DNA of 64,000 bases from Gemmatales bacterium (GTDB lineage: Bacteria > Planctomycetota > Planctomycetia > Gemmatales > HRBIN36): the NCBI GenBank assembly GCA_041640595.1, contig JBEPZY010000001.1, positions 992,001 to 1,056,000 on the forward strand, given 5' to 3'. A program made the translations under genes and the position numbers. The notes beneath the pieces were generated by a model. The model ran no database searches. It saw only the letters and a program-made list of their open reading frames with translations, and had not been told where the DNA came from. Shown here piece by piece: positions 19,160 through 28,473 of the stretch; position 1 is the stretch's first letter, and every line of letters begins with the position of its first letter.

Positions 19160-20836
19160 TCAGGGCTTACCCAGGTGTTTGAGAAGCTCGACAACTTTGT
19201 CCTCCTCCGGTTCCCACCAGGCGGTGTAAAGCTGAATGTGGTCACGGGTAGCGTCGTAGAGTTTCAGAGCAGCCTCCACACCACCGTAACGACTGGCCAC
19301 GCCCAGTTGACAACCGACCAGACATTTTGGATTCGCCTTGTGTATTGCTTTCTGGAGTTGCTGCAGATGCTGGGTGATGCGTCGAAACCGCTCAGGATCC
19401 AGCTGCCAGTCCTGGCATTGCAGAATGTAGGCATCGCAAAAAGTGGCTACCTGGGCTGCATAGTCCACATCGAAGTTTTTCTCTAACGGTTTATAGATTG
19501 GGGTCATGCCTAGTTTGAGCTTACGCGTGTCGCACCACTGGCGTAATGCCTTGGCGGCTGCTAGGGGATCATCTTTTTCCTTTTGGGGAGTGTGGGGCCA
19601 ATAAGGTTCCGGATCATACCACAACCAGCAGGCGGAGGATGGCAGTTTTGCCTCCCCTCTAAGGAAAAGTTCGGCAGAAGGAGTAACAATCTCCGGCTGC
19701 CCGCGTTTGACCTTGCGGAAGATGGCTTCGACTTTGGTTGGATCTTTGAGGTCTTGCGGGCCGGGCATACAAACGTGCAAATCCCGATCTGACCCCAGCT
19801 GGTTGTTCCAGGTTTCAATGAGTTTATCGCAGTTACGATAAGCAGGTATGACCAGCACAAACGGGGTCTTGCGAGGTGCTCGGACCGGAGGTTTTGTCTG
19901 ATCCGATCCAACGGCGTGTTGGTCAGACGGCTTTTCGCTCTGTTTTCTCGGAGCCTGTTTGAGGAATTTCGCCAGGAAAGTGAGCGTAACATCAATAGCT
20001 TTTTCCTGGTCCTCGCCGCGGAAGCCATGCCCCGCTCCTTCAAAAATGACCAGCTGGTTGGGCACACCACAAGCGTCGAGGCGCTCGTGCAGCCACTTGG
20101 CTTGTTCCACCGGGACATGCTCATCTTTCGTGCCGATCAGCGTCAGCACGGGTGCACTATTAGGGGTGATCCAGTAAAGAGGACTGGAACGAATATATTG
20201 CTGGCGATGCGTTTGAAGTGGACCGCCTAGAAAAGGAACCAGAACCGGCTCGGATTTGCTTTTGCCCTGAATGCGTGTGAAATCGGATGGCCCAAACGCA
20301 TTCACCGCACAGCTAATGCGAGTGGAAAAGTTAGGATTGCCGCCCGTACCTTCGAAGTCCTTGACGTCGGCTGTTGCAGCCAGGAATACCGCCAGGTGCC
20401 CGCCCGCCGAGGTGCCCATCGCAGCAATGCGGTCGGAATCAAAATTGTATTTTTTCGCGTTGGCCCGAATCCAGCGGACAGCCGCCTTGCAATCTTCGAC
20501 GCAAGCAGGAAATTGGTACTTCGGTGCCAGCCGATACTGGATGGTCGCTGCTGCATATCCTTCCACTGCCAGACGCACGCACATCCAGCGCATAGTTTCC
20601 CGATGTCCCCCAACAAATCCACCGCCGTGAATGCAAATAACCACCGGAAAAGGCCCGCCTTTCTCAGGACGGTAAAGGTCGAGCTTGAGATGTTGATTGT
20701 CCGGATTAGCAAATTCGATGTCCTGCTCTTGCACGATTCCTGGCGGCAACGGTGGTTGTTGCGGATGAGCAACTGATACCATCACGCCTACGCATACGAT
20801 CACGATCCGCATCATCGCACTTATTTGTCTCAGCAT
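19160..20836 (-). CDS. Secreted alpha/beta hydrolase (HSL/BD-FAE-like esterase) fused to an unknown C-terminal domain
   Basis: Signal peptide, HGGGF, GTSAGG, GTKD and GAGHGF; extra ~240-aa C-terminal domain. Confidence 0.88.
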   Translation of the reverse strand: MLRQISAMMRIVIVCVGVMVSVAHPQQPPLPPGIVQEQDIEFANPDNQHLKLDLYRPEKGGPFPVVICIHGGGFVGGHRETMRWMCVRLAVEGYAAATIQYRLAPKYQFPACVEDCKAAVRWIRANAKKYNFDSDRIAAMGTSAGGHLAVFLAATADVKDFEGTGGNPNFSTRISCAVNAFGPSDFTRIQGKSKSEPVLVPFLGGPLQTHRQQYIRSSPLYWITPNSAPVLTLIGTKDEHVPVEQAKWLHERLDACGVPNQLVIFEGAGHGFRGEDQEKAIDVTLTFLAKFLKQAPRKQSEKPSDQHAVGSDQTKPPVRAPRKTPFVLVIPAYRNCDKLIETWNNQLGSDRDLHVCMPGPQDLKDPTKVEAIFRKVKRGQPEIVTPSAELFLRGEAKLPSSACWLWYDPEPYWPHTPQKEKDDPLAAAKALRQWCDTRKLKLGMTPIYKPLEKNFDVDYAAQVATFCDAYILQCQDWQLDPERFRRITQHLQQLQKAIHKANPKCLVGCQLGVASRYGGVEAALKLYDATRDHIQLYTAWWEPEEDKVVELLKHLGKP

Positions 20837-21191
20837 GTCGAAATGTCTCCGGTAACCAATGGTGGGCTTTCCCCGACTTGAATCTCATGTTATTTAAACA
20901 CCGATCTCCGCCCCAGGTTTCGGTCGCCTTAGCGGCGTGCTGTCCGTTTTGAGTGATGCTATAGGCACGCATTGAAAATGGCATCCTCGTTGCCGTAGCA
21001 ACGGTCTAACAGAAAAGTCCAGTACCTTCGGTTGTTACCCCTTGCTACATCCTGACTTATCCTGGCTGTGGTTCAACTACCTCTTAGCTCTTTGGTCATT
21101 TTGATTTTCCCTGACACTGGCACTACGGAACTGAGAGTTATAGAAGGCGAGTGGCGGGGCCAGCTTAAGCTCGTGCTCCGTTTTGCCCGTG

Positions 21192-22217
21192 CTACTGGGT
21201 GGACTTGAGGGCGTTTGCGATCCGTTCCTGAGATGGCAGGCGAATGTCCCAGGCTAGATGCAACCAGCCCAGTAAACGGATCACGTAGTAACTGACATCC
21301 AGTTGCCACCAGCGCAAACCGTGACGTGCGGAGGTCGGGAAAGCATGATGCGTCGCGTGCCAGCCTTCGCCTAGTGCCAGAACACCGAAGACTGGATTGT
21401 CGCGGCTCTGATCGTCGGTGCGAAACGGCTGCCAGCCCCACAGATGACAGGCAGAATTCACGCTCCAGGTTACGTGATGCACCAGAAACACCCGCACCAA
21501 TCCTCCCCAGACAAAACCGGTAACTGCACCTTGCCAGTTGCCCTGCACCAATCCGCCAATGAGGGCCGGCAGAGCCAGTCCTAACACTGCCCAGACCAAA
21601 AACAGCTTGCTGATCCAGCGAAGGGTCGTGCTCTTATACAAATCCTTGACATAGTCCTGCCAACCTGCCGGTTCGGGAAGAAACAACCAACCCATGTGGG
21701 CGTGCCATATACCCTTGAGCAGTCCCCAGAAACCGGAACCGTGATGGTGGGGCGTGTGTGGGTCAAGTGGCGTGTCGCTATGCTGATGGTGTCGGCGGTG
21801 CATGGCCACCCATTTCAACAACGGGCCTTCCAGTGCCATGGAACCCAGGATGGCCAGGATCGCTTTCAGCCACATGTACGTCTCAAAACTGCGGTGTGTA
21901 AACAAGCGATGGTAGCCGACAGTGATACCCAGGGCCGTCAGCAGGTACATGCTCACCAGCAGGATCAAATCGAGCCAGTAAAATCCCCAGCCCCAGACCA
22001 GAAACGGTACTGCTATGATGCCCAGCAGCGGCACGACAATCACCAACAAGGTCGCCAGCTGCATGCCAAGCGGCGGCTTGTGGGGCAACCCTCCAGCGGC
22101 TGTGCTGCTGGTTACAGCCTCTGTTCTTACGGCATCAAAGGGAGAACCTTCGTGCCTCAGGCCACTCTCGTGTTGCTGTTCCGATGCGTATGCCAAGTTT
22201 GACACTCCGGCGAGCAC
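21192..22217 (-). CDS. Acyl-CoA/acyl-lipid delta-9 type fatty acid desaturase
   Basis: His boxes HRLFTH, HRRHH and HATHH; DPHTP; GEGWH. Confidence 0.95.
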   Translation of the reverse strand: MLAGVSNLAYASEQQHESGLRHEGSPFDAVRTEAVTSSTAAGGLPHKPPLGMQLATLLVIVVPLLGIIAVPFLVWGWGFYWLDLILLVSMYLLTALGITVGYHRLFTHRSFETYMWLKAILAILGSMALEGPLLKWVAMHRRHHQHSDTPLDPHTPHHHGSGFWGLLKGIWHAHMGWLFLPEPAGWQDYVKDLYKSTTLRWISKLFLVWAVLGLALPALIGGLVQGNWQGAVTGFVWGGLVRVFLVHHVTWSVNSACHLWGWQPFRTDDQSRDNPVFGVLALGEGWHATHHAFPTSARHGLRWWQLDVSYYVIRLLGWLHLAWDIRLPSQERIANALKSTQ

Positions 22218-22304
22218 TCATTCCGATTGCAATCTACGCCGCCTGTTTGGGAAAATGAAAAGTTGATGTTACAGAACAACGATAGCCCAATTTTTGTGTC
22301 GTGG

Positions 22305-22547
22305 TCAGGCAGATTGTAAGATTCGCTGGACATCTTCGGGAGTGAGGCGGTGTTGCGGTTTGCCGAGGCGGAGCACCAGCCAGTTGCGGACGGCTCGGCT
22401 ATAAGGCCAGGTGCCTTCCCGCAACAAAGCCAGCATTCGGGCATCGCGGCGAGCGCGTTCCCGATATTTGCGAGGGGCGTTACGACTACGCGATTCCTTC
22501 ATGTCCATTTTGCGAAGAACGAAACGTTTACCGCGTTTGCCGACCAT
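22305..22547 (-). CDS. Small basic hypothetical protein
   Basis: 80-aa ORF with GGAG SD, Arg/Lys-rich, fills the gap between co-oriented genes. Confidence 0.65.
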   Translation of the reverse strand: MVGKRGKRFVLRKMDMKESRSRNAPRKYRERARRDARMLALLREGTWPYSRAVRNWLVLRLGKPQHRLTPEDVQRILQSA

Positions 22548-22766
22548 AATTTTGCTCCGTGCTTGCTCAGGTTATTGATGCTCTCGCGTTCTCCTAATCC
22601 AGCAAAATCGCTCCCTATCAGAGAGCGATGCTTCGCCGGTCGGTAATGTCATATTCGGTTGCCGGTGCACCAGTGTGTTTCACGGCGCGATGCCCGCAAC
22701 TTACTAAGTCTCCCACACCGTGCAGGGTCGAAGAGCCTCAGACCGGAGCACCCGACACGGTTCAAA

Positions 22767-23291
22767 TCATTCTCGCCGGGCGTCAAGCCTGTTCAATTCC
22801 TGCCGGGCCAGCTGGGCGACAGGAGAATTTTCTCCCGCTTCACGAATGGCCTGCATTAGCAAAGAACGGGCCAGGTCCGGGCGATGCTCGGCGAGGATGC
22901 GTGCCAGTTCCACGGTCCGCATACCGGGAGCCTCGCGGAAGGTAACGCGCTCGGCATCACGCCAAGCACGCAATTCCTCGGCAGTAATTCGCGGATAGGT
23001 ACCGCCCGAATAAGCTGGCACCGGTGCAGCCAACGGTGGAACATAACCTGCCCGGTGTAACTGTTGCCAGTAAGCTGTTTGGGCCTGCTGGATAGCCAAT
23101 CCGGGAACCATCGGATAGAAGGGATTCTGCCAGGCCGTTTGCAAAGCCAGATTGTACTGCAACCGCCACATCACCCGTTGATGATCCAGCACGCGATCGC
23201 GGAAATCCCGTGCACCGACCTGTGCCTGAGCAGTAAGCGTGCTCGTCAGCAAGACCACCGCGACCATTCCCATCCGCCAGTTCATGTTCAT
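22767..23291 (-). CDS. Secreted hypothetical protein
   Basis: Signal peptide ending AQA, GGAG SD, helical TPR-like C-terminus. Confidence 0.7.
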   Translation of the reverse strand: MNMNWRMGMVAVVLLTSTLTAQAQVGARDFRDRVLDHQRVMWRLQYNLALQTAWQNPFYPMVPGLAIQQAQTAYWQQLHRAGYVPPLAAPVPAYSGGTYPRITAEELRAWRDAERVTFREAPGMRTVELARILAEHRPDLARSLLMQAIREAGENSPVAQLARQELNRLDARRE

Positions 23292-23361
23292 TCTCCATGC
23301 GAGGTCGGGCGAACTTGGTGAGATTCTTCGTCTGGTTATTGTATCCGCAAACCTGGAGAGG

Positions 23362-24507
23362 TCATGCTAAGCCCAGACCGCGGAGAAACGCCTGCTGCAG
23401 AACTTCCAGTGGTTCCAGCCCCACCGAAATTCGCAACAGCCCGGGAGTAATACCTTCGCGTTGCTTTTCCTCTGCCGGAGCATAGCGATGAGAAGTGGAG
23501 TCTGGGTGCGTGCAAATCGTTCGGACATCGCCCAACGATGGGGCCAGGACGATGACTTGCTGTCGGCGAAGAAACTGATTAATTGCCTGGCGTCCGCCGC
23601 TTAGTTCCACACTCAGCATGTTACCGTACTGCTCCCGGAAAAGCTCGCGGGCCAGAACATGGTCAGGATGATCGGTACGCCCTGGGTAAATGACGCGCGA
23701 GATACCCGGAAGCTGGGCGAGCCAATCGGCCAGCCTCGCCGCTGTCGCCGATGCCTGCTGCATCCGCATCGTAAGGGTCTGCAAGCCCTGCCAGGCCAAC
23801 CAGCAATCGAAAGCGTTTCCCGTCCAGCCCCAGATGCTGCAGGTGCGGCGGAAACGATCGTGCCAATCCGATTCCATGCCGATGACCGCACCGAGGGTCA
23901 CCTGACTATGGCCGCCGATCATTTTCGTCAGACTTTCCACAACCAGATCGGCTCCCAGTTCCAGCGGTCGGCAAAGGGCAGGAGTGGCGAATGTGTTATC
24001 TACAATCAGACGGCAATCGTGTTGCCTGCACCATCGCACCAGCCGAAACAAATTGGCCACTCGCAAGGTCGGGTTGGACAGCGTCTCCACCAGGAACCAT
24101 TTCGGCCGCTGGGCCAGTGCCTGGACGACTGCGGATTCATCGTCGAGGTCCACCAGGCATGTTCGGATGTGCCAGCGAGGCAATTCTTCCGTAAGGAGTT
24201 GCAACGTGCGACCATATAACCGCCGGCTAGCCACGACCAGATCGCCCGCCTGCAACGTGGCGGCACAGGTCAGCGCGATCGCTGCCATGCCGGAAGCGGT
24301 AACGATGGCCCAGCGGCCATTCTCCAACCGCACCAGTTCGGCTGCCAGCCATTCGGCATTGGGATGCCCATCACGAGCGTAGATGAAACCTGGAACCTCA
24401 CGGCGATAAACTGCTTCCAGTGCGTCCAGATCCGGGAACGTATAGACGGCACTGTTGTAGATCGGCGGCAGTAGTGGTCGGCTCGGACCGAACAGCTCTT
24501 CTGGCAT
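23362..24507 (-). CDS. PLP-dependent Cys/Met metabolism enzyme (cystathionine gamma-synthase/lyase family)
   Basis: YARDGHPN, SGMAAI, VDNTFATP, SLTKMIGGHS, SLGD and LLRISVGLE motifs. Confidence 0.92.
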   Translation of the reverse strand: MPEELFGPSRPLLPPIYNSAVYTFPDLDALEAVYRREVPGFIYARDGHPNAEWLAAELVRLENGRWAIVTASGMAAIALTCAATLQAGDLVVASRRLYGRTLQLLTEELPRWHIRTCLVDLDDESAVVQALAQRPKWFLVETLSNPTLRVANLFRLVRWCRQHDCRLIVDNTFATPALCRPLELGADLVVESLTKMIGGHSQVTLGAVIGMESDWHDRFRRTCSIWGWTGNAFDCWLAWQGLQTLTMRMQQASATAARLADWLAQLPGISRVIYPGRTDHPDHVLARELFREQYGNMLSVELSGGRQAINQFLRRQQVIVLAPSLGDVRTICTHPDSTSHRYAPAEEKQREGITPGLLRISVGLEPLEVLQQAFLRGLGLA

Positions 24508-24533
24508 GGTGCGTCTGGCTCACCGCGATGCAA

Positions 24534-25517
24534 TCAGTTGGTTTTGAGGACATTTTGTACGGCGAGCCACCAGGCGGCCACTTCCGGTCGCGTGTCGGTT
24601 TCCGGCAAGCCATGCTGAACAGCGCGGCGGCGGGCGTCTTCTTCGCTGAGTTTGCCCGCCAGTCGGTAATGCAGATACCACATCGCACCCGCTATCGTGC
24701 CATCACGGTCGGTCACGAAAATCGGCTGCAATGAGCGATCCGCCAGCAATTCGCTGAACCGCAGCACCAACTCGCGCTGCAACGTCTGCGGCGAAACTTC
24801 CAGGGCAACGTAGCGAAGGTTTCGCCGTTCTATCTCGTTGCGGATGGCGGTTGCGTCTTCGCCGGGAAGTTTCAGATGCAACACCGTGCGGTACCCCTTC
24901 TGCTGAAGCCAGTCCCAACCTTCCCGCTGTGGCAGCAGGCCGCTGGCCACACCTTCGTATGGAGTCTGCCAGCGGGCAATGTCCGCAGGCAAGTCGGTAG
25001 GCGAGGGCGCGGGATTTGCGCCTCCGGTAGCGTCCGGCTTGCTGGAGGTCGGGACGCGATGATCCGCCGGTTGTACCGGTTGCGGTGGGAGCATGTTAGT
25101 AGCCGGCGGACTGGCCGATCGCCAGCCCGGACTCGGTAGCGGTGCCAGGGAGGAACCGGGCGTCGCCGAACTGTCCGGTCGTGGCACCGTAGGTTGCATA
25201 CCAGAATTGGGGCTTGCCGGAGCTAAATACGAGCCATTGGCTGGCGGTGCATAATAAGTTCCGTTCGGCGGAATCCCGTTCGGCGAAACCACGGTCGGCG
25301 AACAGCATCGGCCGTTGGGAATTGCGGGATACAGAGACTGGCCTGGTGGCGGTGCCGGAACTGTTGGCTCGACGATTACCGGGGCGGCTGGCCGGGGCGG
25401 TAATCGTCCCAAGATAGGATGATTCATTCGCCAGCAGCGAACCGTTTCGCATAAGCCACAACCGCTACTGAGCAGCGTGGCCAACGCTATCCCGACCAGC
25501 CAGCTCCTGATCCGCAT
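24534..25517 (-). CDS. Lipoprotein with Pro-rich linker and tyrosine-phosphatase-like (DUF442-like) domain
   Basis: Lipobox-like LSSGC; GYRTVLHL; PIFVTDRDGTIAGAMW at the P-loop position. Confidence 0.75.
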   Translation of the reverse strand: MRIRSWLVGIALATLLSSGCGLCETVRCWRMNHPILGRLPPRPAAPVIVEPTVPAPPPGQSLYPAIPNGRCCSPTVVSPNGIPPNGTYYAPPANGSYLAPASPNSGMQPTVPRPDSSATPGSSLAPLPSPGWRSASPPATNMLPPQPVQPADHRVPTSSKPDATGGANPAPSPTDLPADIARWQTPYEGVASGLLPQREGWDWLQQKGYRTVLHLKLPGEDATAIRNEIERRNLRYVALEVSPQTLQRELVLRFSELLADRSLQPIFVTDRDGTIAGAMWYLHYRLAGKLSEEDARRRAVQHGLPETDTRPEVAAWWLAVQNVLKTN

Positions 25518-25942
25518 GATATTTCCTCCAGAGGTGGCAGCCACTTGGCTAGCGAATTATTCCCCGGTGCCGGGGCGAACCCTTCAAGGAGTAGCGGCGA
25601 CAGTTCTTCGCCTCAATCCATCTTAGCTCATAACCTCCCCAGTTGGCTAAGCAAGCGAACAGCGTCTCCCTGCCAAGAACTCCATTTGTCGGCAAACTTT
25701 GCCGGTTAGATAAAGCGGGAAACACCTGGCAGCGGGAATTGGGTGCTGGTCGTATGGCCCAGTCAGGCGTGAGAAGTGTAAGTCCCCCGCGCGTAGCTGG
25801 CGTATTCCGACGCAGCAATGGCCACGACTGTCCGCGTGTGCTACCCTAAGAAAATCCCAGCGCGACGAATCCTCCCGTATCGGCGGGCGCAATCCTGCAA
25901 CCTGTCCGCCCGCAGACTATACCTTTGCGAGGCTGTCCAACT

Positions 25943-27187
25943 ATGCCAGAGCACAACGCCAACGACCCCTGGTTCCAATCGCTTTTCGCCGAGCGCATTG
26001 GCGGAGCGAATTACGGCAAGGGTACAGCCATTTACAAGTTTGAAAAGATCAAGCGGGCCAAGCGGGCCGCCCTGGCTGCTCATCCCGAACGCAAACTCCT
26101 GGACTTCGGCATCGGCGAAAACGACGACATGGCCGACCCGGTAGTCCGCGACGCCCTCAAACGCGAAGTGGATCGCCTGGAGAATCGCGGCTATGCGGAT
26201 AACGGCATTCAGGAATTCAAAGACGCTGCCGCTGCTTTTATGAAGCGAGTCTTCGGCGTGGACATTGACCCGGTGCGGGAAGTTAACCATTGCATCGGTT
26301 CCAAGCCCGCGCTGGCCATGTTACCGGCCTGTTTCATCAATCCCGGCGACATCACCATCATGACCGTGCCAGGCTACCCCGTAGCGGGAACGCATACCCG
26401 CTACTACGGCGGCCAGGTGTACAATCTGCCGTTGCTCGAAGAAAACGGATTTCTGCCCGACCTGAACAGCATTCCACCGGCGGTACGCAAGCGGGCCAAG
26501 TTGCTGGTGCTGAACTATCCAAACAGTCCGACGGGGGCGGTGGCCAATCGCGACTTTTACCGTGAGGTCATTGAGTTCGCCCTGCGGAATCAAATCGTGG
26601 TCATTCAGGACGCCGCACATATCCTGCTGACGTATGACGGTCCGCCCTTCAGTTTCCTGCAGGTCGAAGGAGCCAAAGAGGTCGGCGTCGAGGTGCATTC
26701 GCTTTCCAAAGGGCACAACATGATCGGCTGGCGAATGGGTTTCGTGGTGGGCCACCCGAAAATTGTCCAGGCCTTTGCCGATGTCAAAGACAATTGCGAT
26801 TCCGGCCAATTCATGGCCATCCAGCACGCCGCTTGCGTTGCCTTGAACCATGATGAGATCTGGCAGCGTACCCGGCAAAAGTATCGTCGCCGTCTGCAAA
26901 AACTTGTGGACGCACTCAACCGCGTCGGCTTCCGTGCCCGCATGCCTGGAGGTACCTATTTCCTTTACGTCCGGGCACCGCGTCGCGCTGCCGGTCGCTC
27001 TTTCGAGACCGCTGAGGAATTTGCCCATTTCCTGATTACCGAACATTCCGTCTGCTGCGTTCCCTGGGACGATGCCGGGCCTTATTTGCGTTTCAGCGTC
27101 ACCTACCAGGCCCGCGATGAACAGGAAGAAGACGCCCTCATGCAAGAAACCGTCGCCCGCCTGCAACGCCTCGACCTGCAATTCTAA
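25943..27187 (+). CDS. dapL: LL-diaminopimelate aminotransferase
   Basis: FAERIGGANYGK N-terminus, GSKPAL, LNYPNSPTG, QDAAH and HSLSKGHNMIGWR motifs. Confidence 0.85.
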   Translation: MPEHNANDPWFQSLFAERIGGANYGKGTAIYKFEKIKRAKRAALAAHPERKLLDFGIGENDDMADPVVRDALKREVDRLENRGYADNGIQEFKDAAAAFMKRVFGVDIDPVREVNHCIGSKPALAMLPACFINPGDITIMTVPGYPVAGTHTRYYGGQVYNLPLLEENGFLPDLNSIPPAVRKRAKLLVLNYPNSPTGAVANRDFYREVIEFALRNQIVVIQDAAHILLTYDGPPFSFLQVEGAKEVGVEVHSLSKGHNMIGWRMGFVVGHPKIVQAFADVKDNCDSGQFMAIQHAACVALNHDEIWQRTRQKYRRRLQKLVDALNRVGFRARMPGGTYFLYVRAPRRAAGRSFETAEEFAHFLITEHSVCCVPWDDAGPYLRFSVTYQARDEQEEDALMQETVARLQRLDLQF

Positions 27188-28014
27188 AGCCTAAGCCAGC
27201 AGCTTGTGCGACAGTCATGGCCCTAAAATGGGGTAACGTTTTCCTAACCGGCGAACTAACAATTCCCACTTCCCTCTTCGCAGTCAGGACACCGCTTCGA
27301 CAGTTCGTTTGGAGACGGCCACATTGGATTCTTGCGGAATTCAACGGGTACGGATGTGCTGGCCATGTTAGCCATTCGCGACGACGGGCGTACTTTCCAG
27401 CTACCGTAGGCCAGGACGGTCCGTGCCAGATGCCAACCGGGGCCGGCTCCGGGGAGTTGGCCGAGCGTGTATTCATTCCGCAGTCGGCATCCTGGTGGGA
27501 CACAATTCGTGATGGCGGATTCGAGTATTCGCTTTGTTCGAGCCTCGATTGATTTGAACATCTACCGGGCGGCAGCCACCAAACGGGGCGGCGAATCGTT
27601 GCAGCTGCCGAATTAGGCTCCCTCAGCCGCGGATTGTGCCTCTTTGCAGCGTCTGCGACTGGAGAGTGACGTCTGGGACGGCTGGGTAGTCTTTACCCAG
27701 CGTAGCATAGCGCGCTTGAGAAACGCGGGTGAGCGTCGCCAGCCGACCACTGCTGCGCGGTCGCCTGAGCGATAGGGTTATTACTTTGGCGGCGGGTCAG
27801 TCCTGCCGCCATTGTTTTTCCTTGCCACATTGCATTTGCATTGTGTGCTGATAGCGGATGCTGCTGCCGGATTAAGGACGGATGCGGCAATGCTACCCGG
27901 CGTCAAACGTTGTCTGGTAGCGCACGCCCGAACGGATGCGTTCCTCGGCCAGGACTATCGGCCCGATGCGGTTGGCGTTACAATAGCCGCGGATGCACAC
28001 AGCGAGGAAGAGCC

Positions 28015-28473
28015 ATGAAGTGTCCATTCTGTCGGCGGGGCAATTTTGCAGTAACCGACACGCGGACGTGCAATGGCGGATTTCCGATCCGGCGAAGGCG
28101 GCGATGTTCGCGCTGCGGTCGGCGGGTCTGGTCGGTGGAGACGATGGAGGAAAATCCCCTGCACGTCATCAAAAAAGACCAGAGCCGCGAACCCTTCGAC
28201 CGCACGAAAATCCTGCGTGGTCTGGAAAAGGCCTGTTACAAACGGCCCGTGAGCCAGGAACAACTCGAACAGGTGGTGCATCAGGTCGAAGAGGAAATCT
28301 ATCGGCGTTTCGAGCGGGAAGTGCCCTCGCAAGTGATTGGCGAACTGGTGATGAAGTACCTGCGGGCGCTGGATCAGGTGGCCTATATCCGTTTCGCTTC
28401 CGTGTATCGCGAGTTCAAGGACGTAAGTGATTTCGTGCAGGAAGTGCAACCGATGTTGAGCCGCAAGCGATGA
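28015..28473 (+). CDS. nrdR: Transcriptional repressor NrdR
   Basis: MKCPFC..IRRRRRCSRCGRR, ATP-cone, LDQVAYIRFASVYREF. Confidence 0.96.
   Translation: MKCPFCRRGNFAVTDTRTCNGGFPIRRRRRCSRCGRRVWSVETMEENPLHVIKKDQSREPFDRTKILRGLEKACYKRPVSQEQLEQVVHQVEEEIYRRFEREVPSQVIGELVMKYLRALDQVAYIRFASVYREFKDVSDFVQEVQPMLSRKR

Noticed and set aside
17700..22300. Intact integrative element at tRNA-Asn
   Set aside because: No integrase and no duplicated tRNA 3' end seen
25545..25942. Lysine riboswitch upstream of dapL
   Set aside because: No recognisable conserved core or terminator
27217..27561. Small ORFs and NrdR boxes between dapL and nrdR
   Set aside because: No protein motifs, and no match to the NrdR box seen
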